Below are positions 32,597 through 41,482 of a stretch of DNA of 64,000 bases, piece by piece. Location: positions 607,666-671,665 of the forward strand of contig JAHDYR010000062.1 of the NCBI GenBank assembly GCA_019828565.1. The letters are read 5' to 3'. Within the stretch, counting starts at the first letter, position 1; each line of letters begins with the position of its first letter. The translations under genes and the position numbers were made by a program. The notes below the pieces were generated by a model. The model saw only the letters and a program-made list of their open reading frames with translations. It was not told the DNA's origin and searched no databases. This DNA comes from Carpediemonas membranifera BICM (taxonomy: Eukaryota; Protista; Fornicata).

Positions 32597-34616
32597 ATGA
32601 ACAAAAAGTGGCCGGTGTGGGCAAGACTCGGTGCCTCCCCCGAGGTAGTAAGCTGGCTGCGGGATGGCGTCCCTATCCACCTCACCTCTGCGCCCCCTCC
32701 ACCAGAACCGCAAAGGCGAGTGGACCCCCGCCTACTCCCGAAGATCGAAGAGCTAGTCGCCAAGGGCGTCCTCTCCCCGTGCCCGATAGACGAACTGCGT
32801 CACAGCGCACCCCTGTTCGCGGTGTCGAAGGGCAAAGACGATGTCCGCCCCGTGCACGACCTCCGAGCCCTGAACGAGTTGACAGCAGAGCTGAGGGTGT
32901 TTCGTCTGTTCGGCATCAGACGGGCGGTCCGCAATCTGCACAAGAACGACTACATGATCAAGATAGACCTAGCATCGGGATACCACCAACTTGGCGTCGC
33001 CTCGCGAGACTCCCCCCCTCCTAGGCGTGGTCCTACCGGACGGCCGCGCATTCAGGTACAACACACTCGGCTTCGCATGGACAGCGGCGCCGTACGTGTT
33101 CCAGAGCACGACCATACAGCTTGCAAAGATCATCGCACACAGGTTCGGGGTGACCATCGCGGTCTATCTCGACGACTTCTTAGTGTCCCATGCCTCCCCA
33201 TCGTACCTAGCTTCGGTCACCCCGCAGATCATCGACCTCATGCTATCGCTGGGGGCGATACCGGGCCTCAACAAGTGCGTCCTCACGCCGACCCAGCAGG
33301 TAGACTACCTAGGTGTCCACATAGACACCGCAAGCGAGTCCCTAAGAATCTCAAAAGACAAGGCCGAGACCTACACGGCCACGATCGCCAAGGCCCTCCG
33401 GGTCGGGTCCATCACAGCTTCAGACTGGCAGAAGCTCCTAGGCCGTCTGTCATTCTTCGCAGGGACCACACAGTTCGCCCGCCTCGCACTCAGACCACTG
33501 CAGGCCACCCCTACAACGGAGACCGTCCACCTCTCCAGCCAAATCCGCAGGCAGCTGGCGGCGTGGCAAGTCCTCCTCCGCGATCGCCCACCCAAGAGGT
33601 TCGCCGAAGCAAGAGCGGACTGGGAAATACGCGATACGCTCCAGATTTCTGTCACCTCAGACGCATCAACGTCCGGCTGGGGAGCATGCCTGTTCAATGG
33701 GGAGAAGGGAGCGGCATCACAGGGTGCCTTCCCCCCCTCATCTCAAGGGGGAACACATTGGCGTCAAGGAGCTCTTCGCGATCGCTCAGGCGATCAATCT
33801 CGTGCCCCAGCAGGAGTCACGCTCCTCTCTCACAGTCTTTGCCGACAACTCAGCTGCCATCAGCTGGGTAAACAGACGGGGATCGCCGAACCTCCCCCAG
33901 CCGCACACCAGATCCTACAGGACATCTACAACACGGCAGAAACCAAGCGCCTCGACGTCCACTGCTTCCATATTGCCGGACACCTGAATGTCCAGGCGGA
34001 CAGGCTCTCCAGGTTCGCCAAGCTCGACTGGTCGTCACCCCGAGAAGTCTTGGAAACCATCATGCGCAAGTGGGGGCCGGTCGAGATCGACGTCACAGCA
34101 CGCCCCGACAAGGTTCTGGCCTTACCAGGCTTTGCAGAAATAGCCTGGTCAATCCACGACAACGGCTTCCAGATGGACTGGAGGGGAGTCAGGATTTATA
34201 TAGCTCCTCCTATAGCCCTTCTTGGAGTGACGTGTCGTCGCCTCCAGACAATACGCGCCTCGACCCAGACTGGGAACCCTCGACACTGGAGATCAGCGGC
34301 GATAGTCCTGTGCCCGGACCTCAACTCGCCCGAGGTCCGAGCCATCAAACGTTTGACACCCCTCAAGTTGTACCTCAGAGTCCAGGCGAAACACCTCCTG
34401 CAGTCCGAGCTAGCCTGGACAGCGACAGACAAGGGCAAGATCCGCTTCGTGGCGCTTATCCTGAGGACCCGTTCCAAGCCCTCCTCGCTGACGACCGACT
34501 ATCACATTTCAGAAACGAATCGTCGCGCCGCACAGCAGCGGGCTGGGTCGCCAAATTCCTCCAATCCCGCAACGCGAGCCACTCACACGCGCAACAGCTC
34601 AAAGAGTTCCTTCTGA
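32597..34616 (+). CDS. DIRS-1 RT-RNase H-methyltransferase-like polyprotein (frameshifted in C runs)
   Basis: RPVHDLRALN, IDLASGYHQ, LGFAWTAAP, YLDD, YLG, SDAS, ADRLSR, then LDWSSP..WGPVEID..NGFQMDW..IAPPI. Confidence 0.88.
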
Positions 34617-35374
34617 CCGAGGGTACCACGTCGGGCCCACAGTCGATACACAGGAAAGGCTACTGGATTTGCGAGGCCGCCCCACTCGTGTCTGACTGGC
34701 GCCCCCCGATCGCTGCCAAGCAGATAATCGCCGCCGCCCGGAACGTCGCCTCTGTAGAAGGCCTGACCGGGGGTGCGAAGCCTGTCACGTCCGCGAGAGT
34801 CCGCAGGGTCATAGACAGACGTCGGAAGTCACCCCAAGCCTTCCAGGCCGCCCTCTTTTCTGCTCTCTGCTTTATCACCGTGAGTAGAGGCGCAGAGATC
34901 TTTGGGCTCAGACGAAGAGACGTCGAGTTCGACGCTGATGGCAATGCCCTCCTTCTGTTCGCGAGAACTAAGACTGCCACAGGCGTCCGCAAGCTGGTAC
35001 CAAACCAATCGTGGGCCCGCTTTAACCCAGCAAGGGCCCTGAAGGCATGGGTCCCCACGGCAACGCGCCGCGACGACGACCTCATCTGGCGGGCGATCAC
35101 CTCAACCGGTGGTATTTCACTATCGAAGCCGCTACCGGCGTCAACCCTCCGCCACTGGATCCACCAGGCGTACGGCACCGACATTTCGTGGCACTCATTC
35201 CGCAAGGGCGCCACCACGGAGTTGGCGGTAGCCCACACGAGTACCGAAGTCCTCCTGTCCATGGGGACGTGGGCCTCCACGAAAAGCATGCTGAGATATA
35301 TGGGCAACGGGGTCCGCACACACCCGGGGGTCCAGGGACACCTGGCCTCCATCCTTCTCCAACCACCACTTTAA
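34070..35374 (+). CDS. DIRS-1 tyrosine recombinase
   Basis: Catalytic set SRGAE(R), RTKT(K), HSFRKG(HxxR), GTW(W), LRY(Y). Confidence 0.92.
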   Translation: MGAGRDRRHSTPRQGSGLTRLCRNSLVNPRQRLPDGLEGSQDLYSSSYSPSWSDVSSPPDNTRLDPDWEPSTLEISGDSPVPGPQLARGPSHQTFDTPQVVPQSPGETPPAVRASLDSDRQGQDPLRGAYPEDPFQALLADDRLSHFRNESSRRTAAGWVAKFLQSRNASHSHAQQLKEFLLTEGTTSGPQSIHRKGYWICEAAPLVSDWRPPIAAKQIIAAARNVASVEGLTGGAKPVTSARVRRVIDRRRKSPQAFQAALFSALCFITVSRGAEIFGLRRRDVEFDADGNALLLFARTKTATGVRKLVPNQSWARFNPARALKAWVPTATRRDDDLIWRAITSTGGISLSKPLPASTLRHWIHQAYGTDISWHSFRKGATTELAVAHTSTEVLLSMGTWASTKSMLRYMGNGVRTHPGVQGHLASILLQPPL

Positions 35375-35948
35375 ATCTCTGACGGGAGCTAGTGGCTGGG
35401 AGAGCTAGGTAGGGTGGGGCTGACACGCGTTACAACGGCAGATGTAAGCCACAACAGACATTCTTTGACGCGGTCTCTCAAGGAGACGGTCGGTTTGGGC
35501 TCGCAAGCGTGCCTGCAAGCCATTCCACTATGCTCGTTGCCGGTGGGATATCCCCGTTGGGTAGAGCAAGTATGTCTAGAGGCTAGGACAGCTAGCTGGC
35601 GTTACATCGCGCTGACAGGTTACCTCGGGTAACGGGCCGTGAGCGGAGGGCAATGAGATCGCCTCGCTCCGGCATGGTGATGCGCCGACCAGGCGAGCCG
35701 CGCAGTTTATGCGGGCAGAATGGTAGAAAATTCGGAACATCCAGATCCGACGGCACGATACTGGTCAAGACCGGTATATCCGCCCAGTAGGTAAGCTGGC
35801 CGGAGTCCCCTGATCGTTTACACTAGCTCTCTTCTTTAATAAACGATCGCCCCCCCCGTTGGGTAGAGCAAGTATGTCTAGAGGCTAGGACAGCTAGCAG
35901 AGCCACACTTTGTGGAAGCCTAGTCTAGCAGACCATGATCCCAAAGCC

Positions 35949-35954
35949 AAAAAA
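35949..35954 (-). terminator. Pol III oligo-T terminator of tRNA-Asp
   Basis: TTTTTT 1 nt after the discriminator base on the minus strand. Confidence 0.8.
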
Positions 35955-35955
35955 G

Positions 35956-36028
35956 CTCGATCACCGGGACTTGAACCCGGGTCTCCGCGGTGACAGCGCG
36001 ATATACTAACCACCTATACTATGATCGA
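35956..36028 (-). tRNA. tRNA-Asp (GTC)
   Basis: TCGATCA/TGATCGA acceptor stem, discriminator G, D-arm TAGTATAGGTGGTTAGTAT, anticodon loop CT-GTC-AC, T-arm CCGGG-TTCAAGT-CCCGG. Confidence 0.95.
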
Positions 36029-36221
36029 ATGCATACCGTCGTAGACGCGATGCGTAAGTACGCCTCGGGGCGTGGTACAGGCCCAGATGGACTACCGGCC
36101 ATCTGGTACAAATATTCGAGAGAGATCGAATATTGACCAAATATTCGAATCAAATCTACGGTCCAGTTCAGACCAATTTTACCAAGGGGTTAAAACCCCA
36201 TTCCCCGGTAGTTCCGAGAAG

Positions 36222-36740
36222 ATGGGCGACGCACAGCCCCCCGTGACACTGGAGAGCCTGGAGGCCCTGGTGCGGTCACAGGCTGCTACAATAGCATCAC
36301 TGAGCGAGAATCTTGACGATGTCCGCACGAATGCTGAGGATGTACGCAAACCCACCAAAATCCCAGCAGTGCTCAAAGAATTCCAACACCTGCGCGCCCT
36401 ACACGGAGAAATCAAGTCAATCCTGGCTGACCCCAGCAAGGAGACGATTGCTGACATAACCACAGCCATTAATCTTGCCGTTGAAAAGCGCCTCGAGTTC
36501 CTCCGAGTCCTCGACTCTGCCAACGAAGAAGCGGCCGCCTACTTTATCGTCACCGCCGAGGACATATCCAACGTCAAGGACCTCGTCAAGGTCGCCGCCA
36601 AGGCCAAGAAGGCCATCCCTGCCACGCGGGCTCACACATCACACCGGTTCGCCAAGCGTCCCTTCCGAAACCACGGATACAACAACCACAGATTCCAGAA
36701 AGCCTCGGGCAACCGCAATGCGGCCCCGGGGCAGCAGTAG
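36222..36740 (+). CDS. DIRS-2 ORF1 (gag-like)
   Basis: PPVTLESL..KEFQHLR..KRLEFLR, homologous to DIRS-3 ORF1 (PPVTMESL..KEYDHLR..RRLEFLR). Confidence 0.75.
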   Translation: MGDAQPPVTLESLEALVRSQAATIASLSENLDDVRTNAEDVRKPTKIPAVLKEFQHLRALHGEIKSILADPSKETIADITTAINLAVEKRLEFLRVLDSANEEAAAYFIVTAEDISNVKDLVKVAAKAKKAIPATRAHTSHRFAKRPFRNHGYNNHRFQKASGNRNAAPGQQ

Positions 36741-36793
36741 TTGCCCAAGTGAGGTTATGCCATCCTCAGATATAAAAAGGCACCGTCTACGTT

Positions 36794-38817
36794 TTGAATA
36801 CAGAGAAGAATGTCACAAGAGCAAGCAAGAAGCGAAACAAGCCAGGATACATGGCACCTATCGTCCGACGCTCAGCCCGTCTCTGGTCCAGGTCAACGGA
36901 CACACGTGGTTGGCTCAATGAGTCGAGCGTGGAAAGAGTGGGGAGGCCATGGGGGCCAGCACGAGTGTCGTGGACTTACTCCGGCAGGGGAGTCCCAGTA
37001 CAGGACGGGCAGACGACGAACTCGTCGCCCAACGGGTCACAGGGCCCGATCACAGACACAATCAACGAGCTAATGGAGCTGCAAGCAGTGGAGCAGTGTG
37101 CACCGACAGAGGTAGCGCAAGTCTGCCCAATCTTCATGACGCTGAAGAAGAACCACATAGACTGGCGCCTCATCCACGACCTGAGGCCGGTGAACTGGTA
37201 CCAGACAACCAGGCGATTCCGACTGAAGGGATTGACCGAGATAGCGAACGCACTGACCAAGGGGGCGTGGCTCGCCAGCGTGGACCTGAAGAGCGGATAT
37301 TACCAAGTCCTGGTCGAACAGACGGGTCGGAAATGGCTAGGCTTCCAGCACGAAGGGAACACGTACCGCTGGAACGCGCTTCCTTTCGGCCTCAACACGG
37401 CCCCGGAAGCATTTCAATCGATCACGGCGCAGGCGGCGAAGATCATCCGCCGAGAGCTCTCTCACAGTGTTCGTCTACCTAGACGACCTGTTGTTCGCCG
37501 ACCCATCACAGCAAGAGCTAGCACGAAAGATGCCCGAAGTCCTGAAGATAATGGAGCGGCTAGGAATGATAATCTCGAGAAACAAGTGCGTTCTTACACC
37601 GACACGACGAATCGAGTACCTGGGAATAGTTATCGATACGCGCAAGAACACAATGTCTCTTCCGAACGACAAGCGCGTGGAGCTGAGAAGAATGATCGAT
37701 CAGGTGCTCAAAGAACGAAGAACAACGAAGATAGAACTCCAGCGACTCATTGGCAAACTCCTTTTCGCCAGATTCGCAGTAGGAGCAAGAACGCTTCCTC
37801 GACTGAGAGAACTCCAGTTAATGGTGACTGCGCCGAGTCAGCGATTTACGAGAGCCTCCATGCCCCGAGACGCCCGCACAGACCTCAGATGGTGGGCGCG
37901 TGTGATCGCGACAGACCCGCAGTACGCAATGCAGGGGTCACCGCGACCGGAGATCAGGGTCGAGACAGACGCCTCGGACGTAGCTTACGGCGCGACAATA
38001 TGGACAGACAGCGAGAGGATGGAGATCCAGGGCCGGTTCAAGCAGTCATTCATACACAAGTCGATCAACTGCAAAGAGACGAGGGCCATAACCACGGCGC
38101 TGCGACACTGGGCACATGTGATCCGAGACAGAGATGTCCTGATCGCGGGAGACAACACCTCGTCACTCGCGTGGGTTGCGAAGAGTTCGACGAAGGCCCC
38201 AGCCCACATTCGCCGGGAGATCGCCGACCTACACGACTTCCTGCATGCCAACGGTTGCCGCTTGAGAGTCAAACATATCGCAGGTGTATTCAACACAACG
38301 GCCGATGCTCTGTCGAGGTACAAGAAGCTCGATTGGGCCATGCCAGCGGCTCCTGCTGGCAGCTGCGATAGAGAGGTGGGGAGCAGTGGACCGAGCGCTG
38401 TTCGCGGCCGAAAGGTTCTTACCCCAGGACTACGACTACTGCAGAGACGCGTTCACAGCGAACTGGACAGAGTGCCGGTCAGTGGCGGTCCCCCCGGTGG
38501 CCATGCTCGACCGAGTGGCCGAACGACTGGAGGCAATCGTAGACCAACGAGAAGAGAGACATCCCAGTCAACAACAGTCAGGAATCCTAGTTATCGCCCC
38601 AGTCAGGCAGACGAACATCGACTTGCGCCTTATCCGAGTCGCACAGGAGACAGTCAACGCATCGCTACCAGCCCACTGGTGGGCAGACACGGAGTTGGCG
38701 GTACTGTTCGAGGGCAAGACACACATTCCCTTCAGGGCGTACTGGGTCCCGGTGATGACGTCAGCCTCGGAATCTTCCTATCAGCATCAGCAGTGCAAGC
38801 GCGACACCGAGCACTAA
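36794..38817 (+). CDS. DIRS-2 RT-RNase H-MT-like polyprotein (several frameshifts)
   Basis: RLIHDLRPVN, VDLKSGYYQ, LPFGLNTAP, YLDD, TDAS, ADALSR, LDW..WGAVD..DAFTANW..VPPV. Confidence 0.88.
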
Positions 38818-39958
38818 GAGCCGCAGGCGTGACACCCGACAGAACCAGAACGCAGATAATATGGTCCCGGGCTAGCCGTCCTAAGAACGAGGACGTCGAG
38901 AGAAAGGTCGCGTCCAGCCCGCTCCTGCTCCGCCTCGAGAAGGTGACGCGTGATCGAATTGCAACAGAGACCGCAAAGTTCACATTCTTCCGCAACATGA
39001 CCAGAGAACCAGATGACTCGGACTTCGAGGCCTACCTCGGATAAAATGACGACCCGGCACCAACCCCACGGGAAGCTGCATGGGAGATCGTACGACAAGC
39101 CCACGAGAAAAATCCATGACCAGAAGTGGGTGCAAGAGTTCGAGGAGGTGGCAATCGCGGGGGATGATGACGACACACTGCTATGGTTCATTATAGGGGA
39201 GGTGCCCTTCCTCGCCAAAGACTCACTGCTAACGAAGGAGGCAAACATCAGAGATGGAATGACCGCATTGGGCGAACCCATAGAATGCCCACCACTCCAC
39301 CGGGCCCTGATCAAGGCTTGTGGCAGATTGGCTGGAAGGTGCCCAACGTCAAGCCAGCGTCGAACAGGGGAAAGCATGGCCAATAGCCAGGGAGACCCTG
39401 TCACAGGCCGCGGTGCAAGCAGGCAAGAGCGCCACACCAGCATTGACTCAAGCAATAGCTTTCGGGCTGGTCGGGTTCGCGACAATATCTCGGTCGGGGG
39501 AGATACGGGGGCTCTCAACATCAGACGTCGAACGACACGGCAGGGACATCACCATCACCATACGACGCTCCAAGACATCGGATGAACCCATGCTAAAGCT
39601 GGTCCCTAACGTCCCCGGAGACGACAACCCGGCAGACTGGCTTGCGAGACATATGGAAAACCTCCCAGATGAAGGACCCCTGTGGCGCTCATTCGAGGCC
39701 AGGGACGCGCTGATCAAGGACAACAGGTCCTCCCTGATGAACAGAGACCACCCTTGGAGAAGATGGGAGATGTCCATGGACCTAGAGGAGGTGCTGCGCG
39801 CGTCGGGCCACTCATTCCGGAGAGGAGGCGCAGTCCACATGATGAAGCTAGGTGTAGCCCCAGCAGTGATCCAAGCAATCGGGGGCTGGAAACAGCTCGA
39901 CTCGATGCAGACCTACGTCAGTGAAGCCGTGCGCCTCTCCACGAGCGCTTGGGTGTAG
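38760..39958 (+). CDS. DIRS-2 tyrosine recombinase (frameshifted N-terminal part; start approximate)
   Basis: SRSGEI, RSKT, HSFRRG, GGW, QTY in ORF 39320-39958; upstream frames match the DIRS-3 YR N-terminus. Confidence 0.88.
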
Positions 39959-40879
39959 AAGGACGAGAAAGACGGATAATACATAGAATATGATTGCATA
40001 AGGCCCCATTAGACTGTACAATAGGCCATGTAAGAGTTAAAGATATGATAGAGAGCAGAAGAGAAGGCGGGAGAAAGGAGAAACCGCAGCAGATTGTCAC
40101 TAATGGTTAATAAGATCGATATATCGAAGACTATCGAAGAATTGGCCGGAGAGAGTGAGAAAATGCCGGCGAATGGAAATGGCCAAAACCGCGCACAAAG
40201 AATGACTCAGACTGTGAAAATATGTGCCTGAGAGATGGGCATCAATGGCATGCTTGGAGGCACAGGAGACCAGAGAAATAATTTCTGAAGAGAAAATTTT
40301 TATTATATGATAGCGGGATACATCAATTGGAGACTTCGACCGTAGTCGACTGCAAGTCGGCATACCGTCGTAGACGCGATGCGTAAGTACGCCTCGGGGC
40401 GTGGTACAGGCCCAGATGGACTACCGGCCATCTGGTACAAATATTCGAGAGAGATCGAATATTGACCAAATATTCGAATCAAATCTACGGTCCAGTTCAG
40501 ACCAATTTTACCAAGGGGTTAAAACCCCATTCCCCGGTAGTTCCGAGAAGATGGGCGACGCACAGCCCCCCGTGACACTGGAGAGCCTGGAGGTCAGAGC
40601 ATGTTTCCCATCAATCTCGGGTATAAATTTGATTAGATCAATTGGAGACTTCGACCGTAGTCGACTGCAAGTCGGCATATCATCGATATGTAAGCTATCA
40701 CGCCTCGGGCGTGGCTCACGCCCTGACACTGCTGGGTCAGGGTGTGTCAGAACAGGATTCCGGGGACACGAGAAAGATGGCCAAAATATTTAGAAAATCT
40801 CGAAAGATATGATTGTGGATACGGTCTTGATCCGTCCCGATCGCGAGCAGATCGTATCCCTCCAGCAGAAACCGTGAGG

Positions 40880-41419
40880 ATGGCCGAAGGCGACACGGAT
40901 AACGCTGATCCGCCGCCTGTCACCATGGAGAGCCTTGCTGAGCTCATACAACAGCAGCAGAACGTCATTACGGCACTCCGTTCGGAGGTTTCATCGGTTA
41001 AGGACAGTACACGGGACCCGAGACGCCCGTCTCGGATAGGAGCCGTTGCTAAGGAGTACGACCACCTCCGCGAGACACTTGCCGACATCAGAGGTATCCT
41101 CAACAACCCGGAGATGACGCGCGTCAACCAGATCGAAGCCGCGATCGAGGCGGTCTTCGAGCGCAGACTCGAGTTCCTACGGCTATATGACAGCCACTCC
41201 GACACCGCTGCGCACTACTTCATGGCTATTTCGAGAGAAGAACGAGACGCGCAACGCTTCGTAGTGCTGGCCGCCAAGGCGGCCAAGGCCACCCCACCGC
41301 CTCCTCGACCCAAGCGGTTCCAGAGAGGCTTCGGCGGCTTCAGCCGCAACTCTCCCCGCTTCAACAACAACAACCGTCGTGCCCCGGCAACCGACCTCGG
41401 ACCGGGGCGGGCCCAGTAG
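40880..41419 (+). CDS. DIRS-3 ORF1 (gag-like)
   Basis: Homologous to DIRS-2 ORF1; ATG lies inside repeat A1. Confidence 0.75.
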   Translation: MAEGDTDNADPPPVTMESLAELIQQQQNVITALRSEVSSVKDSTRDPRRPSRIGAVAKEYDHLRETLADIRGILNNPEMTRVNQIEAAIEAVFERRLEFLRLYDSHSDTAAHYFMAISREERDAQRFVVLAAKAAKATPPPPRPKRFQRGFGGFSRNSPRFNNNNRRAPATDLGPGRAQ

Positions 41420-41482
41420 AGGCCAGAGAAGGGTTAAGCCTGAACCCGATGACTATAAAAGGCTCGATATACTTCGAAGAGT

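Larger units (their letters stand above)
31917..35898 (+). mobile_element. Tyrosine-recombinase retrotransposon DIRS-1 (PAT/Ngaro-type split direct repeats)
   Basis: A1 31917-32075 = A2 35597-35755 (159 bp); B1 35552-35596 = B2 35854-35898 (45 bp); gag, RT/RH/MT-like and YR ORFs; no TSD. Confidence 0.93.
31484..35929 (+). mobile_element. Solo terminal module 3 (most diverged), interrupted by full-length DIRS-1
   Basis: Stem GCACC-CGG-GGTGC (31547-31559), GCAGTTTATGG..CAGAAT, AGTAAAT..C8 (31873-31880). Probable remainder at 35899-35929 ending CTAGC. Confidence 0.45.
36031..40674 (+). mobile_element. Tyrosine-recombinase retrotransposon DIRS-2
   Basis: A1 36031-36264 = A2 40360-40593 (234 bp); B1 40322-40359 = B2 40637-40674; begins 2 bp from the tRNA 5' end. 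Confidence 0.92.

Noticed and set aside
31100-36030. CRISPR array, bacterial integron or prophage at a tRNA
   Set aside because: There are no regularly spaced identical repeats or cas genes. The recombinases are linked to gag/RT/RNase H within split direct repeats, and the flanking genes are eukaryotic with spliceosomal introns.
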